Positions 1 to 7,841 of a DNA stretch of 64,000 nucleotides are shown here, in pieces. Under the pieces are notes generated by a model, which did no database searches, was not told the origin of the DNA, and saw only the letters and a program-made list of their open reading frames with translations. The DNA comes from Candidatus Micrarchaeota archaeon (GTDB lineage Archaea; Micrarchaeota; Micrarchaeia; Anstonellales; Bilamarchaeaceae), in contig JAKEGJ010000016.1 in the NCBI GenBank assembly GCA_022627495.1, forward strand, positions 16,995 through 80,994, in the 5' to 3' direction. The translations under genes were made by a program, and so were the position numbers. Position 1 is the first letter of the stretch. Each line of letters opens with the position of its first letter.

Positions 1-275
1 CCTACCCCCGCCAGTGCAGGGGCCCTGATGGCCGCACGTTCGTTTCAAGCGAGGATATGGCGGCAATCAACCAAAGCGTTCGGCAGAATGTTTCTTGCAA
101 GTGCAGGCTCCGCCAACAATGCTGCGAGGAATGCAAGGCCGCCTACAGCCAGAGCCCGGTTGCGGCCGGTCCAAATGGCGCGCAGTGCGGGCATTTCATC
201 AGCGGGAAGCCCATCAGCGACGAATGCGGCATTTACTTCGAATCCTTTCCTTCGACGGTTTCAGGATGCGGCTGA
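1..275 (+). CDS. Cys-rich surface protein, 5'-truncated by window edge
   Basis: Frame is open from base 3 (YPRQCRGPDGRTFVSSEDMAAIN...) to TGA at 275. YPRQCxxPDGRTFV is a Cys-module motif common in DPANN/CPR surface proteins. Confidence 0.6.
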   Translation, partial: YPRQCRGPDGRTFVSSEDMAAINQSVRQNVSCKCRLRQQCCEECKAAYSQSPVAAGPNGAQCGHFISGKPISDECGIYFESFPSTVSGCG

Positions 276-305
276 GCCGGAATCCAGGTTTCCGCCTGCA
301 CGATG

Positions 306-1790
306 TCATTCCACAAAGACCCCGGCGCCGCCCTTCTTCTCTTCGACGCGTATCATGGCGAGCGCGAGCGCTGCTGAAATGAATAGGATTGCCGAAGCGG
401 TTATGAAGACCGTGTGGTAGCCGAGTATCTGCGCCTTGAGGACCATGAGCGCCGCCGCCTGCTGCAGGATGGTCGGGTCGTGCGTGTTGATGATGCTGTT
501 TTGCGAAATCGCAAGCAGGCTGCTTTCGGTCGCATTTTTCAGGATTGTCGTGAAAATCGCTATTCCGAACGCGCCGGCGATGTTCCGCACAAGGGCGAGC
601 ACGGACGATGCAACGCCTATCTCTTCCTCCGGGACGGCGGACGCTATGATGTTGGTGCGCTGGGCCATCGCGAATCCCATCCCGGAAGCCATCACAAACA
701 CCGGGATAACCACGTCTATGGGGCCGGAGCGGGGGTCGAGCCCCAGGAAGAGGAGCATTCCTATCGCAGCGATGAATGTGCTGACTGCAATCACGATGCC
801 CGGTTTCACCCGCCCGACCAGCTTCGAGCCCAGGGGCGCGGAAATCATCATCCCGGCCGCCATCGGCATGAACATGAGCCCTGTCTGCGTGGCGTCATAG
901 CCGAGGAACGTCTGTACGAACACCGGGATGAGGAACACCCCGCCCATCATGCCCATGAACACGGTGAAATTGTTGGTCAGCGCGCCGACAAACGCCCCGA
1001 CCCTGAAGAACTTGAAATCGACTATCGGCTCAGGATGCACCGAATCTATTCGGTAGAATGCATATCCGAACAGCAGTATCGCAGCGTAGCATGCGAGAGC
1101 TTCGTAGGACGCCCATCCCCACTCAAGCCCCTTGTCCAGGACCAGGACGAGCGCGGATAGCATAATGCCTAGGGTAAGCGCCCCCCAGATGTCGAATTTC
1201 ACGGTTTTTTTCTCCGATACCGATTCCCGCACGAATAGGTACGCCATAGCAAGGCCGAGGATGCCGACTGGCAGATTGATTAGGAAAATTGAGCGCCAGC
1301 CGAAGGTGTCAATCAGGGGCCCGCCAAGCAGCGGCCCGAATACCGCGGACGCGGCGAAGGCAGATGACCATATGCCGAGTGCCTCGGCCCTCTCCCTGGT
1401 GCCGCGGAATGTCACGGCTATTATCGCCATCGCCGTAGGATAATCCGCCGAGCCTGCTATCGCCTGGATGACGCGGAACAATATCATCGAATTGAGGTCC
1501 CATGCCAGCCCTGCAAGAACCGAGCCCAAGATGAAGAGGCCGAAGCCCCAGATGTAGACCTTCTTCCTGCCGATTGTGTCCCCCAGCTTGCCCCAGACAG
1601 GCACGAACACCGCGTTTGCGAGGATGTAGGCGGTCGCAATCCAGCCGGCCTCGGAGACCGTTATCGAGAAATCCTCCATTATGCTCGGGAGGGCAAGGTT
1701 GACTATCGTCTGGTCCAGCCTTCCGAGGAATGTGCCAATTATGACGGTGAGAAGTATCCACCACCTCAAATTGTCCCCGGATTCAGACAT
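306..1790 (-). CDS. MFS drug:H+ antiporter, DHA2 (EmrB/QacA) family
   Basis: LDQTIVNLALP motif D1, GKLGDTIGRK motif A, GPLLGG and WRSIFLINLPVG motifs; about 14 hydrophobic segments. Confidence 0.93.
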   Translation of the reverse strand: MSESGDNLRWWILLTVIIGTFLGRLDQTIVNLALPSIMEDFSITVSEAGWIATAYILANAVFVPVWGKLGDTIGRKKVYIWGFGLFILGSVLAGLAWDLNSMILFRVIQAIAGSADYPTAMAIIAVTFRGTRERAEALGIWSSAFAASAVFGPLLGGPLIDTFGWRSIFLINLPVGILGLAMAYLFVRESVSEKKTVKFDIWGALTLGIMLSALVLVLDKGLEWGWASYEALACYAAILLFGYAFYRIDSVHPEPIVDFKFFRVGAFVGALTNNFTVFMGMMGGVFLIPVFVQTFLGYDATQTGLMFMPMAAGMMISAPLGSKLVGRVKPGIVIAVSTFIAAIGMLLFLGLDPRSGPIDVVIPVFVMASGMGFAMAQRTNIIASAVPEEEIGVASSVLALVRNIAGAFGIAIFTTILKNATESSLLAISQNSIINTHDPTILQQAAALMVLKAQILGYHTVFITASAILFISAALALAMIRVEEKKGGAGVFVE

Positions 1791-1830
1791 TCGGAACCAG
1801 CTTCCCTGCCATGCGCGCCCGCCTAAGGCG

Positions 1831-2529
1831 TCATTTGATTATCCACATCTTCGCGGACATGCCGTTCTTCAGTTCCGGGTACGCCTGGGTGTCGAAAAGC
1901 GCCCGCACCTCGAACTCGCGGGGCTCCCTCTTGTCGGATATGCTGAACACGATGTCTGATGTCCGGGCGGTCATGGCCACAGAGTCCACGTACCCGACGT
2001 ATTCCTTCGGACCGAACGCGTCAACCGTGAAGATGACCTTCTGCCCCGGGCGGATGTCCGCGAGCCCCTTGTCCTCCTGTACGCGCCCGACCACCCGGAA
2101 ATCGCCGGGCTCGACCATCCTGACAATCGTGTCGCTTGGGCCCGTCATCTGCCCGGGATTGTCCTTCACCCAGATGACGATGCCGCGTGTTGCTGAATAG
2201 ACGGTCGTATTTCCGACAAGGGCGAGGCGCTGCCCTTCCGAGACGCCATCTCCCTCCTCCACGTACATCTTGACAATGGGCCCTGATACCGTCGGGCCGA
2301 TGGAGATTATAGGCGCGCTGATTTCGGCCTTTTCGACATATACCTTCCCTTCCATGTCATGGATGTAAAGGTATCCGGCGATGACGGCCGCAAGCACGAC
2401 TATCAGCACGAATTCCGTGAGCAGGGGGTGCTTCTTTATCCTTGAAACCAGGGGATTTTCCCCAATCCCCTTCTGGGCTTCGCGGCCAGGTTCCCGTGCA
2501 TGCGCCGAATGTCCTTCCATTTCAATCAC
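1831..2529 (-). CDS. HlyD/EmrA-like membrane fusion (adaptor) protein, short form
   Basis: N-terminal TM, lipoyl-like halves (VSGPIVKMYVEEGDGV...G), beta-barrel (IRPGQKVIFTVDAF, LKNGMSAKM); same operon as the MFS gene. Confidence 0.85.
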   Translation of the reverse strand: MIEMEGHSAHAREPGREAQKGIGENPLVSRIKKHPLLTEFVLIVVLAAVIAGYLYIHDMEGKVYVEKAEISAPIISIGPTVSGPIVKMYVEEGDGVSEGQRLALVGNTTVYSATRGIVIWVKDNPGQMTGPSDTIVRMVEPGDFRVVGRVQEDKGLADIRPGQKVIFTVDAFGPKEYVGYVDSVAMTARTSDIVFSISDKREPREFEVRALFDTQAYPELKNGMSAKMWIIK

Positions 2530-3007
2530 TGTCCAGTTTCGCTATTATCCTGTTGATTCTCTCCAAGGATTCGCAGAGCGTATCCAGTTCGTCCCTGTCC
2601 AATCCTGAAAGGTTCGCCCGTATTGCCGTCCTGGCCGCCTTCTTGCGGCCTTCGATGACCGCCCTTCCGCTACCGGTTATCTCCATGCGGATTATCCTCC
2701 TGTCCGCGCGGTCATGCTGGCGCCTGGCAAGGCCTTCGTCAATTAGCCGGTCTGCAAGCGCGGTTATGTTCGGCTTCGAGCATCCGAGCTTGCGGCTCAA
2801 TTCCGACATCGGAAGCGGCCCGTCATTGAGGAACGCAAGCATAACGTACTGAGGGTCGAGGGGCGGTGGCCTAAGGCCTGCGGTTTCGCTCCGGTTCCTC
2901 ATAATCTGGAATATCCTGATGAACGAGCCCAGGTTTTTCGCGATTCTCTCCACTTGCGCTTCGTCCATTCTGTCCACTTCCCCGCCCTGCATGCTGGAGG
3001 GGGGCAA
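2522..3007 (-). CDS. MarR family transcriptional regulator
   Basis: wHTH segment (MSELSRKLGCSKPNITALADRL), DRADRR wing motif, ITGSG. Start may be at one of the later Met codons. Confidence 0.9.
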   Translation of the reverse strand: MPPSSMQGGEVDRMDEAQVERIAKNLGSFIRIFQIMRNRSETAGLRPPPLDPQYVMLAFLNDGPLPMSELSRKLGCSKPNITALADRLIDEGLARRQHDRADRRIIRMEITGSGRAVIEGRKKAARTAIRANLSGLDRDELDTLCESLERINRIIAKLDSD

Positions 3008-3016
3008 ATTGATAAT

Positions 3017-3043
3017 TAGTTAATGCCATGAACTATTTATAAA
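3017..3043 (-). promoter_or_regulatory. TATA box plus putative MarR operator
   Basis: TTTATAAA at 3036-3043, followed on the minus strand by the near-perfect palindrome TAGTTAATGCCATGAACTA (3017-3035, 8 of 9 pairs) just upstream of marR. Confidence 0.55.
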
Positions 3044-3092
3044 CCCGCTGATGCGGTTTCCGGCACGCGTTTCCCTGGGGGGGGGGCGGATA

Positions 3093-3326
3093 TGCAGGAG
3101 GAAGGATTTGAACCTTCGAAGGCGCGTAGCCCGCGCTCCATCGCCATACATCGGCGCTGTCGCGCGTTAGGCCAGCAGATTTCCCAAACCGCGTTTGGAA
3201 AGGGAAAATAACGCAGCCGTTATCGGCTTGAAGGCTCACGACTTTTTCCGGGGTTTTTGCCACCAGAGAAGCCGAAGCCAAAAAGCCCCTTGAGTCTGCC
3301 ACGTTTGACCGCTTCGCTACTCCTGC
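3093..3326 (-). tRNA. tRNA-Leu(CAA) with two introns (3181-3288 at 37/38; 3126-3167 in variable arm)
   Basis: Acceptor stem GCAGGAG/CTCCTGC plus discriminator A, D-arm, anticodon stem GCAGA/TCTGC, T-arm GAAGG-TTCAAAT-CCTTC. Removing the 108-nt and 42-nt introns leaves 84 nt; both junctions fit bulge-helix-bulge geometry. Confidence 0.88.
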
Positions 3327-3371
3327 ATGAGTGTTGCTGTTACGCCTGAGGAAATACCTCAGGCGGGAGGG

Positions 3372-3415
3372 CGAAGCACAAAAAGCCTGCTTTTTGACCG
3401 CCTCGCTACTCCTGC
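3372..3415 (-). repeat. Degenerate upstream copy of tRNA-Leu 5' exon and start of intron
   Basis: GCAGGAGTAGCGAGGCGGTCAAA matches 22 of 23 nt of the tRNA 5' end and is followed by GCAG and GCTTTTTG.GCTTCG as in the real gene; the anticodon loop is missing. Confidence 0.75.
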
Positions 3416-3572
3416 AAACTTTTTAGAAAACAACAATGAACAAAGTTCATTGTGCCCATTGTCCGAAGCGTCGGACAATAGGGAAGTTTGATCAAAAACT
3501 GTTTATTCATTCTTTTTATCAAACTTCCTTAAGGCAATGGTTGACATTCCTCAAGAAGTTTGATGAAAATTT
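3415..3572. repeat. Nested AT-rich inverted repeats built on CAAACTT/GAAGTTTGAT arms
   Basis: ACAATGAAC/GTTCATTGT, ATTGTCCGA/TCGGACAAT and ATCAAACTTC/GAAGTTTGAT stems. Confidence 0.65.
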
Positions 3573-3599
3573 AACCTTGGAGGAACCAAAGGAAATTTT

Positions 3600-3881
3600 C
3601 TAGTACTCGACAACGACCTTGCCCTTCTTTATCTTGCAGACGCAGGGAAGCCGCTCCGCCGGGTCGCCGCCGAATGTGGCAAGCCCCGCCTGCTCTATTT
3701 CGTTGGGCGCTTCCAAATTCTCCATGCCGGAGACGACTTTGACCTTGCACGAGCCGCAGCTGCCGGCCTTGCATGCAAAAAGGATTGAGCATTTGCCGTC
3801 GAGTTCCGCAAGGAGCGAGCCGTCTGCGACCTTGACCGTCTTCGAGTCGTTCTTGATTTCAACCTCTGCCATAATCATCAC
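3600..3881 (-). CDS. 2Fe-2S ferredoxin
   Basis: FACKAGSCGSC and RLPC cysteine motifs. Confidence 0.9.
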   Translation of the reverse strand: MMIMAEVEIKNDSKTVKVADGSLLAELDGKCSILFACKAGSCGSCKVKVVSGMENLEAPNEIEQAGLATFGGDPAERLPCVCKIKKGKVVVEY

Positions 3882-3984
3882 GTGCGGGAGAGTTCTGCGA
3901 AAAGATTTTTTATCTTATCGTAAATTCTTAAGAATTTCCGATTCGCACAAAATTTTTGAAATTTTGTGCTTGGATGCCCCGGCC

Positions 3985-4566
3985 TCATTTCCTCGCGAAA
4001 ACCATGTATGCGGTATGCAGGAGGCCGAAATTGGCCGGGCGGAAGCCGAATTCCCGGACCTCGTACTCCCTCATTATGCTCTCTGCCGTGAAGACCTCTG
4101 AAAACAGGGGCAATGCCGCAAGGTGGAGCCTCTTGGCCTGCTCGGACTGGAGGCAGTGCGCGGCAATGTATCCGCCCTTGCGCAGCGCCTTTTGCGCCAT
4201 CTCCGCGGCCTTCTCAGCCTCAGCGATGTCGCAGAAAACGAGGTCGAACGAGCCATCCTGCTCGTCAATGCCTTCAAGGACGTCCCTGTGCTTGAATGTG
4301 ACGTTCGTGAGCCCCGCCCGCTTCACATTGTCCTCCGCGAGCTTCCAGAATTCCTCCCGTTTCTCGTAGGAGACGACCTCCTTTGCGATATTGGCCATCT
4401 GGACGGTCATGAATCCGCTTCCAGAGCCGAGTTCAATCACGCGCGAGTCCTTCCCCAGCCCGGAGTACGCGATTACCATGCCCGCATCCTTGGGCAGCGT
4501 CACGGCCGGGCCGCCGCGCTTGAGCTTCCGCAGCAGCGGCGGGAAATGAAAATCAGGCTTAAACAT
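3985..4566 (-). CDS. trmI: tRNA (adenine-N1)-methyltransferase, TrmI/GCD14 family, short N-terminus
   Basis: RGGPAVTLPKDAGM, ELGSGSG SAM motif, YEKREEF, HTAYMVFARK. Start placed at Met 4566, leaving an AT-rich gap shared with the divergent rnp2. Confidence 0.85.
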   Translation of the reverse strand: MFKPDFHFPPLLRKLKRGGPAVTLPKDAGMVIAYSGLGKDSRVIELGSGSGFMTVQMANIAKEVVSYEKREEFWKLAEDNVKRAGLTNVTFKHRDVLEGIDEQDGSFDLVFCDIAEAEKAAEMAQKALRKGGYIAAHCLQSEQAKRLHLAALPLFSEVFTAESIMREYEVREFGFRPANFGLLHTAYMVFARK

Positions 4567-4631
4567 GTCAAAACCTCCAAATCCCTCTTGCTCCCTAAGA
4601 TATTTAATTGGGTTCGGGACAATCCTTCTCC

Positions 4632-4964
4632 ATGACCAAAGCGCGCGCACTGAAGAAGCGCTACATTCTTTTCGACCTGCAGTGCCCCGTGGGATTGGGG
4701 GCGGAGCAGCTCAAGCGCGCGCTATATGCAGAGGCGCTGAAATTCTTCGGCGAGCTCGGCCTGTCATACGCGGCGTTGAAGCTCGTCAGCTACGACGAAA
4801 AGGAAAGGCGCGGCATCATCCGCTGCGAGCGCGATTACCTGGACAAGGCCCTTGGCTTCCTGGCCCTTCTGAATGCCCTGGACGGGGCGGAAGCCCGCAT
4901 CGTTGCCATAAAGTCGAGCGGCACCATCCGGAGCCTCACCGAATCCTCCACCCATTCCAGATAG
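4632..4964 (+). CDS. rnp2: Ribonuclease P protein component 2 (Rpp14/Pop5)
   Basis: KKRYILF, FFGELG, GIIRC and SSGTIRSL motifs. Confidence 0.88.
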   Translation: MTKARALKKRYILFDLQCPVGLGAEQLKRALYAEALKFFGELGLSYAALKLVSYDEKERRGIIRCERDYLDKALGFLALLNALDGAEARIVAIKSSGTIRSLTESSTHSR

Positions 4965-5239
4965 CCTTTATTTCCGCGGGCAACGCTGACGCATGCGATT
5001 TCCGGGACGCTGTGCGGATGCGTTTCCTTAATCCTCTGTTCAAGCGCTCCGTACGCGCGCTTCGCTGTTTTTATCAGAAGGAGGCGTTCCGGGTGCTTCT
5101 CTATCCTGCCTTTCCACCTGTAGGTCGAGCTTTCAATCGGGATGACGCTCACGCAGGCGGCAAGGCCGAGTCCTACCAAATCCGCCGCGGCCTTTTCCGC
5201 GCTCGACTTGTCCGGATACGTAGAAAGGACGATTATCAT
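4835..5239 (-). CDS. cutA: Divalent-cation tolerance protein CutA
   Basis: LAACV, STYRWKG, LLIKT, HPHSVPEI and YLEWV motifs; C-terminal extension overlaps rnp2 antisense. Confidence 0.88.
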   Translation of the reverse strand: MIIVLSTYPDKSSAEKAAADLVGLGLAACVSVIPIESSTYRWKGRIEKHPERLLLIKTAKRAYGALEQRIKETHPHSVPEIACVSVARGNKGYLEWVEDSVRLRMVPLDFMATMRASAPSRAFRRARKPRALSR

Positions 5240-5279
5240 CTCTCTCCCCAGTCACCCTTCATTCGTCGCGAATGAACCC

Positions 5280-6479
5280 TTAACCGCTTGGCTTCTTGAA
5301 GACAATCTCGATTACGTCCCTGTGCTTGAGCGAATGCTCCTTCCCTACGGCCTGCCGCGTCTTCACGTCAATCGCCTTGATGAATCCGCGTCCGATGTCC
5401 GAATGAAGCTTGAACGCGAAATCGAGCGCCGTCGTTTTGGGGGGGAGCAGGAAGCAGTCCGGCAGTACCCGCCCCTCGGAATCCTCCAGTTTGCCCACGC
5501 CGCCTGGGAAAATCGCGATGAAATGCAGGAAGTCGAACACGGCGGCATTCAGGCATTTCTGGATGCCCGTCCCCCCGTATTTGTCGCAGACGGCCTTCAT
5601 GATGTCCATGGCTTTTTTCTGCTCGGGATTCAGGTCCGCCTTCACCCGGAACTCCCTGTCCCCCGGGACATACTCTATGAAATTGGCCTTGGCGGCGCCT
5701 TTAAGGGCGATCTCGGCTTCAGCCGAACAGGCAATCACCAGGTAGTCCGGGAATGCCATCTTTATTTTCTGATAGTTGTCCCAGCCTGTGGACAGGTCGC
5801 ACTTGTTCGCGGCGATGATTATGGGCTTCCCAATCTGCCGGATTTTCTTGCAGAACCCGAGGCGTTCATCCCCGGACCAGTCCAGCAGGCTTTTTTCATC
5901 GAGATTCAGCTCCTTGAGGACGCGCCCGATGATGTCCTTCGTCATCCCCAGGCCGCTGAACTGCTCTGTCAGGAAATCCTCGTTCTTCTTCTTGTTCAGC
6001 TTGGCCTCGCGAACCAGCTTCTCCCAGTTCTTGTCAAGTATGCCCTTTATCCAATAATCCAGCTCCTGCTCCAGGAAGCGCACGTCGTTGCACGGGTCGT
6101 AGCTGCCCACGGGCACCTTGGCGCCCATCTCGTCTGTAGAGCCGCTTGCATCGACGATGTGCACGAGCACGTCCGCCTGCCGCAAGTCGTCGAGGAATTT
6201 GTTTCCGAGGCCCTTGCCCTCATGCGCGCCGGGGACCAGGCCGGCCACGTCCAGCAGTTCGACCGGCACGAAGCGCCTTCCGTTCGCGCAGAACCCGCTT
6301 CTCGGATTGCACTGCTTTCCGAACTCCTTGTCCACGCATTCGACTTCCACGTAAGCCATGGCCCGGTTCGGCTTGATTGTCGTGAAGGGGCGGGGCGAGC
6401 GCTCGACCGGCACCGATGTCGCGGCCATGAAGAACGTGCTTTTGCCTGTTGATGGTTTTCCCACTATCCCAATTAGCAT
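5280..6479 (-). CDS. ychF: OBG-family ATPase/GTPase YchF (archaeal type)
   Basis: GKPSTGKS, PFTTI, DVAGLVPGAHEGKGLGN and NKCD motifs; C-terminal TGS domain. Confidence 0.93.
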   Translation of the reverse strand: MLIGIVGKPSTGKSTFFMAATSVPVERSPRPFTTIKPNRAMAYVEVECVDKEFGKQCNPRSGFCANGRRFVPVELLDVAGLVPGAHEGKGLGNKFLDDLRQADVLVHIVDASGSTDEMGAKVPVGSYDPCNDVRFLEQELDYWIKGILDKNWEKLVREAKLNKKKNEDFLTEQFSGLGMTKDIIGRVLKELNLDEKSLLDWSGDERLGFCKKIRQIGKPIIIAANKCDLSTGWDNYQKIKMAFPDYLVIACSAEAEIALKGAAKANFIEYVPGDREFRVKADLNPEQKKAMDIMKAVCDKYGGTGIQKCLNAAVFDFLHFIAIFPGGVGKLEDSEGRVLPDCFLLPPKTTALDFAFKLHSDIGRGFIKAIDVKTRQAVGKEHSLKHRDVIEIVFKKPSG

Positions 6480-6511
6480 AACCTGCGTTTATCTGCCTCG
6501 TAAATAAAAAA

Positions 6512-7837
6512 CTATGGAGATGGCGGGATTGTGATGGTTGCCAGGTCCACGCCCAAGCGCCTCAGTTCGCGCTCGACCGCGGCGCGCTGCGATGCGAATT
6601 TCGCCCGCGTCGATGCGTCAAGGGACGCACTGTTCTCTGCCACCCTTAAAACGACATACGCCCTTGTGAGGTGCGTCTGCCTCTCTGGCCTTGTCCGGGC
6701 CGACTTGAACCTTGAGATATTCAGCTCGTACGCCAGGCCGTACGCCTCCCTGTCCGCCGGCCGGAGCCTCATCATCGCATCGTATTCCGCAAGCGCGTCG
6801 TCCAGCCTCCCGCTCTGGCGGCACGCATCTGCCAGCGACTTGCGGATGTCGAATTCCCGCGTTCCCCGGTCCGCCCTTAATGCGGGGATATCCTGCAATA
6901 GTGAGAGCGCGGCCCGGTACTGCGTAATTGCGCCGGCATGCCTTTTCGCGTCATGCTCGCTTTCAGCAAGGGCTTCCACCCTGTCGAAGACGTTCCGCGC
7001 CACCCTCTGCAGGCCTGCGGTGATGAAAGGAGCGGAGGAGCCCAGCGCCGCAGCGGCAGTCAGGAGGGGAATCGCCTGCGCAAGGGCGGCCGCCCGCGCC
7101 GCACTAGTCGTTCCAGCCTGCGCCTGCGTATCGAAATAATCCGCGCGGATGAGGAGCTGGCTTGCCACAACATCGGCGACTGTGGGTAGGACGACCATCC
7201 TTCCGATGCCGGTCAGGTTCGGGCTGGAGGCATCCGGCCCGTACGATATAGACCTTCCGCGGTACTGGCCGCTGACCGTCGCCTCCGAGAAGTCCGGAAC
7301 CGAGGTTGGTGCGGCCCGCGTCATGTCGAAGATGTAATTATGGCCGTTCACAGCCACGAAGAGGACTGCATGCGGCACTGTCGATGCCGCACCGGGCGCG
7401 CCTGTGTTGAAATCAATTCCTGCGAACCTGGCGCCTGCGAGCGGGATTCCGATGCGGGTTGCAGCGGCAAGGAAAGCGGTTGCAAGCTCATCGCAGTCGC
7501 CGCTGCGGCGCTGGAGAACCGCAGACGGTCCTCTCGGCTCCCGTCCGGCGTCCGGGACATACGCCAGCCCGAGCGTCCCCCCGACTCTCAGCGCGTTATA
7601 CAGCTGGGTGAGTGCGGTCTCGACCTGGGCCTGCGTTGGATTTGGTCCGAGCGCCTGGAAGTCCCTCCGGATGCGCTCAAGCTGCGGCGGCAGGCTGGTT
7701 CCAAGGCCCAGGTAATTGCTGATTACTGTCTGCTGGGGCGTCGCCTGTGCGCCTGCCTGGGCCGGTCCCTGCTGGCCCATCAGCGGCATCCCCACAAACG
7801 GGGACGGTGCGGTCTGCTCTGCCTGTTTTTGCGCCAT
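6512..7837 (-). CDS. Transglutaminase-like domain plus TPR-like helical protein
   Basis: GDCDE (Cys), PHAV (His), IFDMT (Asp) triad; C-terminal TPR-like helices (LADACRQSGRLDDALAEYDAMMRLRP). Confidence 0.7.
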   Translation of the reverse strand: MAQKQAEQTAPSPFVGMPLMGQQGPAQAGAQATPQQTVISNYLGLGTSLPPQLERIRRDFQALGPNPTQAQVETALTQLYNALRVGGTLGLAYVPDAGREPRGPSAVLQRRSGDCDELATAFLAAATRIGIPLAGARFAGIDFNTGAPGAASTVPHAVLFVAVNGHNYIFDMTRAAPTSVPDFSEATVSGQYRGRSISYGPDASSPNLTGIGRMVVLPTVADVVASQLLIRADYFDTQAQAGTTSAARAAALAQAIPLLTAAAALGSSAPFITAGLQRVARNVFDRVEALAESEHDAKRHAGAITQYRAALSLLQDIPALRADRGTREFDIRKSLADACRQSGRLDDALAEYDAMMRLRPADREAYGLAYELNISRFKSARTRPERQTHLTRAYVVLRVAENSASLDASTRAKFASQRAAVERELRRLGVDLATITIPPSP

Positions 7838-7841
7838 AGAA

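Noticed and set aside
3077..3086. G10 run as a phase-variation tract
   Set aside because: Intergenic, downstream of the tRNA and outside the core marR promoter; no functional support.
3033..3302. 89-aa ORF on the minus strand
   Set aside because: Lies within the intron-containing tRNA-Leu gene.
5142..6452. Long antisense ORFs (also 11746-12960, 15577-16434, 47261-48217)
   Set aside because: Typical stop-poor shadows of real genes in GC-rich DNA.
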